Numbered from the stretch's first letter, positions 1-8,143 are shown. The stretch: DNA of 45,377 nt from Eubacteriales Family XIII. Incertae Sedis bacterium (GCA_031276515.1 JAISMX010000118.1:1-45377); one strand, 5' to 3'. Notes: generated by a model from the sequence alone, not told the origin. Made by a program: numbers and translations.

Positions 1-513
1 TACGCGAACAGCAGCTTCAGCGACGTTTCGGCCGGGCAGTATTACACCGCCTACGTCGAATGGGCGAAGGCGAACGGGATTGTGAACGGCGTGGGCGACA
101 ACCTCTTTGCGCCGAACAGCAATGTTTCACGGCAGGATTTCGCGGTCTTGCTCCTGCGCTACGCGGACTTCGCGCAGAAGCAGTTCCCCACGACGCGGCA
201 GTTCAGCAGATTCGCGGACGACACGGAGATCGCGGGGTACGCGCGGAATGCCATCCAAACGCTGTACAACGGCGGCATCATCAACGGCATCGGCGGGAAC
301 GCGATCAATCCCAGAGGCAACGCCACGCGCGCCGAGGTCGCGGCCATGCTGCACCGCTTCATAGATGCGTCGGGCGGCATAGAGGCCCACAAGGCGCCGG
401 CCGATGAAACGGCGGACGCGGCAAAGACGGAAGAACCGGCGGCCGGCACGGACGCCGAGAAAACCGAAACCGGCACGGATGCGGACAAGACCGGCGCCGG
501 CGGTACGAAATAA
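1..513 (+). CDS. S-layer homology (SLH) domain protein, C-terminal part (5' end outside window)
   Basis: Frame 1 is open from base 1 (YANSSFSDVSAGQYYTAYVEWAKANGIVNGVGDNLFAPNSNVSRQDFAVLLLRY...). It contains repeated SLH-like units (F.D......YA..AI..LY..GII.G ... RAEVAAML), an acidic/Thr-rich tail and a TAA stop at 511-513. Confidence 0.8.
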   Translation, partial: YANSSFSDVSAGQYYTAYVEWAKANGIVNGVGDNLFAPNSNVSRQDFAVLLLRYADFAQKQFPTTRQFSRFADDTEIAGYARNAIQTLYNGGIINGIGGNAINPRGNATRAEVAAMLHRFIDASGGIEAHKAPADETADAAKTEEPAAGTDAEKTETGTDADKTGAGGTK

Positions 514-548
514 GCGCACGAGCGATTGATTTGACTTGATGCGGTGAA

Positions 549-590
549 AGGGCCGTTCCCCCGCAAAAGGGAGGAGCGGTCCTTTTTGCG
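549..590 (+). terminator. Rho-independent terminator after the SLH gene
   Basis: The stem is GGGCCGTTCCCCC / GGGAGGAGCGGTCC (with G-U pairs), the loop is gcaaaa, and a TTTTT run follows. Confidence 0.5.
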
Positions 591-759
591 GAGAAAATCC
601 GCATTGCGTTCAACCTGCCTTTGGGTGTACAATAAGACAAAGGTTTTTTGACGCTTGCCGTCCAAGGCTATGACACCGGCACGATAACCGCAATAACGGC
701 CGGACTGCTTCGCTTTGCTCGCAATGACGGAGGATGCACAGCCGCAGAGGTTTGGAACA

Positions 760-996
760 ATGAACAAATATACGGAAATTTCCCCGGAACAGTCGTATTT
801 TGCCGTATTTTGCATTGAGGCATTGTCCGACGAATTGGGTGTGCCGGGCGATAAGGTTTACAGATTGCTCACGGAGGACAGCGACATTTTGGATGCCTAT
901 ATCCTGCCTTTCCACGACGCGCTGCACACGCAGGGCAAAGGCTACATTGTCCGGGAACTGAAAGAACTCCTGCAAAAGCGAGGCCTTTTGAAATGA
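760..996 (+). CDS. Small helical protein, DUF3791-like (family recognised from memory)
   Basis: ATG at 760 is preceded by AGAGG at 746-750. The product is MNKYTEISPEQSYFAVFCIEALSDELGV...LHTQGKGYIVRELKELL. The stop overlaps the next start (ATGA at 993-996). Confidence 0.7.
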   Translation: MNKYTEISPEQSYFAVFCIEALSDELGVPGDKVYRLLTEDSDILDAYILPFHDALHTQGKGYIVRELKELLQKRGLLK

Positions 997-1484
997 TGCT
1001 TTACCACGGCTCGTACACGGTTGTTGAAAAGCCGGATTTGTCTTATTCCCGGCTTCGTACAGATTTTGGAAAAGGTTTTTATCTCACGCCTCTGAAAGCG
1101 CAGGCGAAAAGCTGGGCGGCACGGTTTCTCCGCGAACGCGGTTCCGCTGTTTTGTCGATGTATGCGTTTTTGCCGAACCCGGGTGACAAACTCCCGGCCG
1201 AACTGAATATTCTCGAATTTGACACGCACAGTTTGGAATGGCTCGAATTCATTACGGCTTGCCGACTTGGGCAGTCTGTCGGCACGGCGCCGGACTTGGT
1301 GATCGGCGGCGTTGCCAACGACAAGGTGTTTGATACGCTCCAACTGTACTTTGATAAACTGATCGGAGCGGAAGAAGCCATCGGGCGATTGCGGTACAAC
1401 AAACCGAATTTCCAATACTGTTTCAAAAACCAAGCCCTGATTGACGGCTATCTCGCGTATAAGCATTCGGAGGTGTTGAAATGA
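993..1484 (+). CDS. DUF3990-like protein with a PARP-like HGS / GKGFY motif pair (candidate ADP-ribosyltransferase fold)
   Basis: 163 aa: MMLYHGSYTVVEKPDLSYSRLRTDFGKGFYLTPLKAQAKSWA... ATGA overlaps are present at both ends (993-996 and 1481-1484). Confidence 0.75.
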   Translation: MMLYHGSYTVVEKPDLSYSRLRTDFGKGFYLTPLKAQAKSWAARFLRERGSAVLSMYAFLPNPGDKLPAELNILEFDTHSLEWLEFITACRLGQSVGTAPDLVIGGVANDKVFDTLQLYFDKLIGAEEAIGRLRYNKPNFQYCFKNQALIDGYLAYKHSEVLK

Positions 1485-1702
1485 TTGCCAACCGCACCCT
1501 CATCGGACACAAATGCGATCATGTCATCAAAGCCTATGCCGAATTTGCGGGCGTATCGCTTCGTGAGGCGTTGGATGTGTTTTATAAATCAAATCTGTAT
1601 ACGGAAATTCGCGACGGCATTTCCGATATGCACTGCCGAAGCGACGGCTATCTCGCGGAGGAATTGCTGCTTGAAGTGAATCGCGGGGGCGAAGATGCGT
1701 AA
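1481..1702 (+). CDS. Small helical protein, second DUF3791-like paralogue
   Basis: 73 aa. It shares ...[LM]H-x4-GY[IL]-x-[RE]EL with the 760-996 product (DMHCRSDGYLAEELL versus ALHTQGKGYIVRELK). It overlaps the flippase start by 8 nt. Confidence 0.7.
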   Translation: MIANRTLIGHKCDHVIKAYAEFAGVSLREALDVFYKSNLYTEIRDGISDMHCRSDGYLAEELLLEVNRGGEDA

Positions 1703-3356
1703 AAAGACATTTCTGACGGGCGCCGCCATCCTCGGCGCGGCGGGCCTGATCGTGCAGATGATGGGCGCGGTGTTCCGCATTCCGCTCGCGAACATCATCG
1801 GCGAGGTGGGCATGGGCTACTACCAGACGGCCTATCCCGTCTATATCTTCCTGCTCGTCTTTTCGACGAACGGCGCGCCTGCGGCCATATCGAAGATGAC
1901 CTCGGAGCGCATCGCGGCCGGGCGCCGCGCGGAGGCCCACCGCGTGTTCAGGCTGGCCTTCGTCGTCATGCTCGCATTCGGACTCGCGGCCGCGCTCGGC
2001 GTGGCGCTCTTCGCGGCGCCGCTCGCGCACTTCGTGAAGAGCGAGGGTTCGTATTTTTCGCTGCTCGCGATCGCCCCCTCCCTGCTCTTCGTGCCGCTCA
2101 TGTCCGTGTTTCGCGGATATTTTCAGGGCATGCAGGAGATGCGCCCGACGGCCGTGTCGCAGCTTTTCGAGCAGGCCATACGCGTGGGCGTGGGCCTCGG
2201 TCTCGCCGTGTTTTTCGTCTCCGACAGCCTGGAGTTAGCTTCGGCCGGCGCGTGCTTCGGCGCGAGCGTCGGACCCGTGGCCGGCATACTGATCCTCATC
2301 GTCATCTACGCGCGCCGGAAGCGCCGGGCGGGCGGATCGCCGGCGCCGGCGCCGCTTGCGCGCGGACGGACGCCGGACGGCGCCGGGCGCGCGACAAACG
2401 GCGCCGGGCATGAGACGGACGCCGGCGGCGAAAGCGCGGGCGCGCTCCTGAAAACCCTGGTCGCGCTGACCGTTCCCACGACGATAGGCATATCCATATT
2501 GCCGATCATGAACGTGGTCGATATGCTGCTCTGCCGCATACGGCTGATCGACGCGGGCTTCGGCGCGCTGGAAGCGGAAGGCCTGTACGGGCTGATGGCG
2601 GGTTTCGCGGCCCCCATCATCAACATTCCGATGGCGCTGGCCCTCAGCATAGCGCTGAGCATGGTGCCGGCCGTCGCGGCGGCCTGCGGCGCGGGAGACA
2701 GGGATTTTCTCGACACGAACATCCGCATGGGCCTACGCACGGCCATGATCATAGGCGTACCCTGCGCCCTCGGTCTCATGCTGCTCGCGGAACCCATACT
2801 CAGGCTCATCTATCCCGCGCAGACCGTCGCCATTTCCGCCGCGCCCTGCCTCGCCATACTCGGCGCGGGCGTCGTGTTCCTCTGCGTGGCGCAGGCCATG
2901 GCCGGCATCCTGCAAGGGTTGGGGCGCGCCTCGTTGCCCGTCGTCTCTCTGCTCGCAGGGCTTGCGGTCAAGTTCGCGCTCACCTACGCGCTGACGGCCT
3001 TGCCCGCGCTGAACATAAACGGCGCCGCGCTGGGGAGCACGGCCGGATACGCCGTAGTGGGCATTCTGAATCTCGTCTTCGTCAAACGCGCGGCGGGCGT
3101 CCGCTTCGACGCGATGCTCTCGGTCGTGAAGCCGCTGGCATCGGGCGCGCTGATGTGCGTGGCCCTCGGGATCGTCTATTTCGTCTGCCGGATCTTTCTG
3201 TCCCTCGGCATGTCCACGCTGGCGGCCATCGGCGCCGCCGCCGTCGCCTACGTTCCCGCCATCCTGAAATCCGGCGCCGTTCTGCCGCACGAGGTGGAGC
3301 TTTTGCCCAAGGGTAAGGCATTGGCCGCCCTGCTGCGAAAGCTTCGGCTCATATAA
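1695..3356 (+). CDS. MurJ/SpoVB-type (MOP superfamily) lipid II / polysaccharide flippase-like membrane protein
   Basis: 553 aa and polytopic. The N-terminus MRKKTFLTGAAILGAAGLIVQMMGAVFRIPLANIIG..GMGYYQ.AYPVY is typical of the family. A Gly/Ala/Pro/Arg-rich cytoplasmic loop lies mid-protein. Confidence 0.85.
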   Translation: MRKKTFLTGAAILGAAGLIVQMMGAVFRIPLANIIGEVGMGYYQTAYPVYIFLLVFSTNGAPAAISKMTSERIAAGRRAEAHRVFRLAFVVMLAFGLAAALGVALFAAPLAHFVKSEGSYFSLLAIAPSLLFVPLMSVFRGYFQGMQEMRPTAVSQLFEQAIRVGVGLGLAVFFVSDSLELASAGACFGASVGPVAGILILIVIYARRKRRAGGSPAPAPLARGRTPDGAGRATNGAGHETDAGGESAGALLKTLVALTVPTTIGISILPIMNVVDMLLCRIRLIDAGFGALEAEGLYGLMAGFAAPIINIPMALALSIALSMVPAVAAACGAGDRDFLDTNIRMGLRTAMIIGVPCALGLMLLAEPILRLIYPAQTVAISAAPCLAILGAGVVFLCVAQAMAGILQGLGRASLPVVSLLAGLAVKFALTYALTALPALNINGAALGSTAGYAVVGILNLVFVKRAAGVRFDAMLSVVKPLASGALMCVALGIVYFVCRIFLSLGMSTLAAIGAAAVAYVPAILKSGAVLPHEVELLPKGKALAALLRKLRLI

Positions 3357-3357
3357 T

Positions 3358-3531
3358 GTTACTACTCACCCACCACGCCATTTTTGCCCATCTCGGAACC
3401 TGCCGCCCCATATTGGCTTCCTCACGTACGTCTTATGTACGCTCCGGGAGCCAAATGGGCCGGCAGAACCCGATCTGAACAAAACTTACGCGGCGTGTGA
3501 GTAGTTTTGATTTAAATAGCTGAGTAGTAAC
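3358..3531. repeat. Intergenic imperfect-palindrome repeat, copy A (REP/MITE-like long hairpin)
   Basis: It is near-identical over about 150 nt to 23095-23250. The left arm 3361-3428 pairs with the right arm 3437-3504. An extra outer inverted repeat is GTTACTACTCA (3358-3368) / TGAGTAGTAAC (3521-3531). Confidence 0.8.
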
Positions 3532-3594
3532 CATATAATAAATCGGCGCGACGGTCGAGCAAGCTCCGGTGTTTGAAAAGCGGAAAGCACATCC

Positions 3595-6500
3595 ATGAAA
3601 TGGAATAAAGAGCAAGAAGAAGCCATAAAATCCAAAAAGAAAAACATACTCGTTTCCGCCGCGGCGGGTTCCGGCAAGACCGCCGTGCTCGTCGAGCGCA
3701 TCGGGCGGTTGATTTTGGAAGAAAAGGTTCCGATTTCCGAAATGCTGATCGTCACGTTCACGAACGCGGCGGCGGCGGAGATGCGCCGGAGGATAATGGG
3801 CTTCCTGACGGATCGGCTCGCGGAGGAGGGGTCGGCGGAGCGGCGGCCCGCGGCGGACGAGAGGGCTTTTCTGCGAAAGCAGCTCTCCGAGCTGTACGGC
3901 GCGCAGATCAGCACCTTTCACGCGTTCGCCCTGTCGGTGATCCGGGAGTACCATTTCAAAATCGGTCTCGCTCCGGAGCTGCGCATCTGCGACGAGGCGC
4001 GGCGAAGCATCCTCAGAAACGAGACCGCGGACGAGTTGTTCGCGCGCCGCTTTGCCGACGATTACGACAATTTCACGGATTTTCTGCGGCGCTACGCGGG
4101 GGAGAAGGATGAGGAAAGTCTGCGGAACGACGTGCTGTTCGCCGTGTACGACGCGATCCGCGCCGAGCCGCACCCCTTTGAGCGGCTGCGCGAGCGGGTG
4201 GCCTTCCTGTATAAGCCGCCGCGCGAACTGCTCGCGGACGGCGTGGCGAAGGCCGTCTTGGAGGACGTCGCGAACGAGTTGAAGAAAGCGCGCGCTTTCT
4301 GTCTCGCGGTTCGAGATCTCGTGGAAACCTGCGGCGCGCGCGCGTATCTTCCGCTCTGCGACGCGGACGCGGACGGACTTGCCGCCCTTATCGAAACGGC
4401 GGAAGGGGCCGATCCGCGCGACGCAAGTGCCGCGCAGGATGTCCTCGGCGCGGTCTCATGCTTTGAATTCGCGCGCTTCGCGGTTTCGGACAAGGAAGAA
4501 AAGGCGAAGTACGAGCCGGTTAAGGAGGACGTGACGCGCTTGCGCGGCAAGGCGAAGCGCATCCTGCGCGAGGGCGTGACGGAGCGCTACTGCATGCGTT
4601 CCCTGATCGATTACGCCGTCGAAATCAACGAAACCGCCCCGCACGCCGCCTATCTGGCGGAGCTTCTTGAAGATTTTGACGAAATATTCAAAAACAAGAA
4701 ATTGGAGCACAGCCTCATGGACTTCGCCGACGCGGAGCATTACGCGCTTGAAATACTGGACGACGAGGAGGTTTCGGCGGCTTATCGCCGGCGCTTCCGC
4801 CACATATTCGTCGATGAATATCAGGACAGCAACCTCATGCAGGAGACGCTGATCGCGAGGATCAACGAGGGCAACGGCCTGTTCATGGTCGGCGACGTGA
4901 AGCAGAGCATATACAAATTCCGGCTCGCGGAGCCGGAGCTTTTTATGCGCAAATACGAGGAATACGGGCGCGGCGGCGATCCGGAGCGCTTGCGTTTGGA
5001 TCTGAGCGTGAACTATCGCAGCAAAGCGCCGGTCGTGGACGCGATCAACGGGGTTTTTCGCGGCATCATGAAGCCCGATACCGCCGGCTTGGATTACGAC
5101 GAAAACGCGGCCCTGCGCAAGGGACTCGCGTTTGAAAACGAAGAAGCTTGGAACAGAAAAGCGCTGCTCTGCGTGATCGACGACGATTCCGACGGCGATG
5201 CCGAAGAAAGCGATTCCGGCGTAGGCGCGGAGGGCGTCTCCGAGGGTTCTTCGGGAAAATCGGATGCGGATGCCGGCGTCGGCGCGGAAGGGAGGCCGCT
5301 CGGCGAGGACGACGCGCGCGATGCCATCCGCGAGCTGCAACGGGCGGAGATCGAGGCCCATGCCGCCGTCGAGCTGGTCAAAAATGAGCTCCGCGGGGAG
5401 GACGGCGAGCGGCGGCGATTTTTCGACGCCAAGAAAGGCGAGGCGCGCGCGCTTTCGCTGCGCGACATCGTCGTCCTGATGCGCGGGGCGCGAAACCAAG
5501 CCGACGTGTTCCGGCGGGTGTTCGAGGAAAGCGGCCTGCCGGCGTACACGGACACGGGCGTCGGGTATTTCGACACGGTCGAGATCGAGACCTTCATGAA
5601 CCTGCTGCGCGTCATAGACAACCGGCGGCGGGACATAGCTCTGCTTTCCGTCATGTATTCGCCGATTTTCGGCTTTTCGACGCGGGAATTGATGGACATA
5701 CGGCTGGCCGCACCGCGCGCCGCCTACTGCGACGCGCTGCTTTTCTGCGCGGAAGCGCCGGCGTCCGCGAGCGGCGGCGAGACCGCCGAGGATGCTTCGC
5801 GCGCGCGCGAAGGGCCGGCCGCGCCGCTGCGCGCGAAGATACGCGATATGCTCGCGCGGCTCGACGCTTGGCGCGAGAGCGCCGCGTTTATGCCCTTGGA
5901 CGAATTCGTCTGGACGCTGCTGCGGGAGAGCGGATACCACACCTTCGCGGGCGCTCTGCAAGGCGGCGCGCAGCGCCGTGCCAACCTGCGGGCGCTGGCG
6001 GACAAGGCCTTGGATTTTCAAAACGCGCACATGAAGGGGCTCGCCGGCTTCATAAGCTACGTCGAACACGTCAGAAAAAAGGTGGACGTCGGCCAGACGC
6101 GGCTGGTCGGCGAGAACGAGGACGTGCTGCGCATCATGACCGTACACAAGAGCAAAGGTCTTGAATTTCCCGTCGTCATCGTCGCGGGTATGGGGCGGCG
6201 TTTCGTCTCGGAACGAATGGGCGTCGTGAGCGTTCACAAGGAGGTCGGTTTTGCGCTGCGCCGCGCGGATCCCGCAACCGGCCTTTACTCGAATACGCTG
6301 CTTCAAAAGCTGATCGCGCGCCGAAGGGCGGCGGAGAACCTCGCGGAGGAAATTCGCATACTCTACGTCGCGTTCACGCGGGCCATGGATCGGCTGATCC
6401 TGCTCGGAACCGCCAAGGGCGGCATCGAGGGTCTGCGAAAGCGCGGCGCTTTGGCCGACGGGCGCTCCCACTTGGCATTGGTCGCGCGGGAGGCCGAGGC

Positions 6501-7332
6501 GGCGGGCTTTGTCGTTCAGACGATCAAGGCCAAGGCCGGCGCGGCGCCGGACGATATCGCCGCGCGGCCCCGGGATTTGGCGGCCTTTTTCGCCTCGACC
6601 GACGAATGTGACCCCGAGACGGCGCGAGAGGTCAAGCGGCGTCTCGGATTTTCGTATCCCTTCGCGAAAGCGGCGGCCATGAAGTCCAAATACACGGTCA
6701 CGGAGTTGGCGGCGGCGCGGGCGGAAGCCCTCGGCGCCGCGCCGCGCGAGATGCGGCCTTTTTCCGCGACGGCGCCGCGCTTCCTATCGGGCGCGCGCGC
6801 GCCGGACGCCGCCGAGAGGGGCAGCCTGTTGCACAGGGCGCTCGAACGCCTGGACTTCCGCGCCGTGCGGGAAGGTCTCGCGCGGCCGGGCCGTCTGGAA
6901 GAGGATTTGCGCGCCCTGACCGCGCGCGGCGTGTTCACGCCCGAGGAGGCCGCGGTCGTGGACGTGGCGCGTCTCAGGAATTTCTTTGAATCCGACATCT
7001 GCCGGCGCGCCGCGGCCGCGCCCGAGCTCTACAAGGAGACGCCCTTCGTGATCCGAAAGGAATCGGACGGGGAAGAGATTCTCGTGCAGGGCGTGATCGA
7101 CTGCTGGTTCGTCGAAAACGGCTCGCCCATCCTGATCGACTACAAATCGGGGTCCGCCTTCGCATCCTTCCCGGAAGCGCGGGAGGCGGCGATTTCGCGC
7201 TTCGCGCTGCGCTACGGCGCCCAGCTCGCCGTCTACGCGGAAGCCATCGAGGCCATTCGCGGCGCGCGCGTTTCGGAGGCATGGCTGTTCCTGCTCGGCG
7301 AGGGCCTGTGCGTACCCGTGGAGCTCGCGTAG
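3595..7332 (+). CDS. addA: ATP-dependent helicase/nuclease subunit A (AddA; UvrD-like helicase plus C-terminal PD-(D/E)xK nuclease)
   Basis: 1245 aa. Motifs seen are Walker A AAAGSGKT, FVDEYQDSN, VGDVKQSIYKFR, TVHKSKGLEFPVV, and a C-terminal nuclease motif GVIDCWF...ILIDYKSG. Confidence 0.9.
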   Translation: MKWNKEQEEAIKSKKKNILVSAAAGSGKTAVLVERIGRLILEEKVPISEMLIVTFTNAAAAEMRRRIMGFLTDRLAEEGSAERRPAADERAFLRKQLSELYGAQISTFHAFALSVIREYHFKIGLAPELRICDEARRSILRNETADELFARRFADDYDNFTDFLRRYAGEKDEESLRNDVLFAVYDAIRAEPHPFERLRERVAFLYKPPRELLADGVAKAVLEDVANELKKARAFCLAVRDLVETCGARAYLPLCDADADGLAALIETAEGADPRDASAAQDVLGAVSCFEFARFAVSDKEEKAKYEPVKEDVTRLRGKAKRILREGVTERYCMRSLIDYAVEINETAPHAAYLAELLEDFDEIFKNKKLEHSLMDFADAEHYALEILDDEEVSAAYRRRFRHIFVDEYQDSNLMQETLIARINEGNGLFMVGDVKQSIYKFRLAEPELFMRKYEEYGRGGDPERLRLDLSVNYRSKAPVVDAINGVFRGIMKPDTAGLDYDENAALRKGLAFENEEAWNRKALLCVIDDDSDGDAEESDSGVGAEGVSEGSSGKSDADAGVGAEGRPLGEDDARDAIRELQRAEIEAHAAVELVKNELRGEDGERRRFFDAKKGEARALSLRDIVVLMRGARNQADVFRRVFEESGLPAYTDTGVGYFDTVEIETFMNLLRVIDNRRRDIALLSVMYSPIFGFSTRELMDIRLAAPRAAYCDALLFCAEAPASASGGETAEDASRAREGPAAPLRAKIRDMLARLDAWRESAAFMPLDEFVWTLLRESGYHTFAGALQGGAQRRANLRALADKALDFQNAHMKGLAGFISYVEHVRKKVDVGQTRLVGENEDVLRIMTVHKSKGLEFPVVIVAGMGRRFVSERMGVVSVHKEVGFALRRADPATGLYSNTLLQKLIARRRAAENLAEEIRILYVAFTRAMDRLILLGTAKGGIEGLRKRGALADGRSHLALVAREAEAAGFVVQTIKAKAGAAPDDIAARPRDLAAFFASTDECDPETAREVKRRLGFSYPFAKAAAMKSKYTVTELAAARAEALGAAPREMRPFSATAPRFLSGARAPDAAERGSLLHRALERLDFRAVREGLARPGRLEEDLRALTARGVFTPEEAAVVDVARLRNFFESDICRRAAAAPELYKETPFVIRKESDGEEILVQGVIDCWFVENGSPILIDYKSGSAFASFPEAREAAISRFALRYGAQLAVYAEAIEAIRGARVSEAWLFLLGEGLCVPVELA

Positions 7333-7440
7333 GTGCGCGGGATGAGCAAAACGCAAACACCGGGCGAACACCGACCAACACCAACACCGGCGAAACATCG
7401 GCGGATGGGCGAATGGCGAATGGCGAATGCAAAAAATTTC

Positions 7441-7469
7441 TTGATTCCCTCCGCAAACTGTGCTATCAT
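7441..7469 (+). promoter_or_regulatory. Sigma-70/SigA-type promoter of the tRNA-Leu pair
   Basis: TTGATT (7441-7446), 17-nt spacer, TGcTATCAT (extended -10, hexamer 7464-7469). An A6T3 UP-like tract at 7431-7439 precedes it. The tRNA starts at 7484. Confidence 0.55.
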
Positions 7470-7483
7470 ATGTGAAGAAGTTG

Positions 7484-7570
7484 GCCGGCGTGATGGAATT
7501 GGCAGACGTGCCGGACTCAAAATCCGGTGGTGGCAACACCGTATCGGTTCGACCCCGATCGCCGGCACCA
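7484..7570 (+). tRNA. tRNA-Leu (anticodon CAA), class II with long variable arm, CCA encoded
   Basis: Hand-folded. Acceptor is GCCGGCG/CGCCGGC. The anticodon arm is CCGGA-CTCAAAA-TCCGG. The T arm is ATCGG-TTCGACC-CCGAT. The discriminator is A, followed by CCA. Confidence 0.9.
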
Positions 7571-7668
7571 TTCGATCTTTCCCTTTTATCCAAGACCCGC
7601 GTACGCGGATGTGCTTGGATTGTCGTCTCGGAACAGCGGAATGCAGGGTCAATACGCATTCGTTTCGT

Positions 7669-7751
7669 GCGGTTGTGGCGGAATAGGCAGACGCGCACGG
7701 TTGAGGGCCGTGTTCGAGAGAGTAAGGGTTCAAGTCCCTTCAACCGCACCA
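7669..7751 (+). tRNA. tRNA-Leu (anticodon GAG), class II, CCA encoded
   Basis: Hand-folded. Acceptor is GCGGTTG/CAACCGC. The anticodon arm is CACGG-TTGAGGG-CCGTG. The T arm is AAGGG-TTCAAGT-CCCTT, followed by A-CCA. Confidence 0.9.
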
Positions 7752-7758
7752 AGCAAAT

Positions 7759-7805
7759 ACTGCATTCAGGGCTTAAATAAAAAGGCCTTGAATGCAGTTA
7801 TTTCT
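7759..7805 (+). terminator. Rho-independent terminator after the tRNA pair
   Basis: A 14-bp stem ACTGCATTCAGGGC / GGCCTTGAATGCAGT (one G-U pair) is followed by TATTTCT. Confidence 0.6.
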
Positions 7806-7906
7806 ATAAAAGGGCTATTTCGCAATGTCATCGTATTTTGAAAGAGACGCAAAATCAAAATCCGCAACAATTGCAAATTTATATGAAAAGAGGCGGTCAA
7901 TCTGAG

Positions 7907-8143
7907 ATGAACGGTATTATGAAAGCAACTGCGTTGAGTCTTTTCTCCGGAATTGGCGGGTTTGAAGTTGGAATGTCAAGGTGTGGTTTTTCATTTTTGA
8001 AAACCCTCGAATGGGATGAGAACTGCTGTAAAACTTTGAGCCAAAACAAGATACTGACGGGTACCGCCGAATGCGAGATAAATACTGCGGATATAACGAA
8101 AACATCGCCGGAAGAGTTTTACAACGGGGATGTAGACTATTGA
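7907..8143 (+). pseudogene. N-terminal fragment of a C5 DNA-cytosine methyltransferase-like gene (motifs I-III only)
   Basis: The product is MNGIMKATALSLFSGIGGFEVGMSRCGF....LEWDENCCKTLSQN...ADITKTSPEEFYNGDVDY followed by TGA at 8141. The stop falls exactly where motif IV (GGPPCQ) should begin. Confidence 0.75.

Noticed and set aside
4456-6471. 671-aa ORF antisense to addA. Similar long antisense or out-of-frame ORFs occur at 9967-11307, 14238-15548, 16784-18223, 18310-19938, 41229-42764 and 43500-45116.
   Set aside because: The products are Arg/Ala/Gly/His-rich low-complexity translations with no motifs, and they lie fully inside well-supported genes on the other strand. Stop codons are rare in alternative frames of G+C-rich coding DNA, so these are expected artefacts.
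7621-7660. Similarity between TCGGAACAGCGGAATGCAGGG in the inter-tRNA spacer and TCGGACAATTCCGGTATGCAGGG at 9019-9043. I considered these as possible att-like direct repeats of the islet.
   Set aside because: The alignment needs several gaps and mismatches (about 17 matches over about 25 nt). The first copy lies upstream of the tRNA rather than at the islet edge, and the second lies inside an ORF. This is compatible with chance.
7333-7841. ORFs of 104-117 aa overlapping the two tRNA-Leu genes and their spacer.
   Set aside because: They run straight through hand-verified tRNA cloverleaves and the tRNA promoter and terminator. They have no RBS and no motifs.
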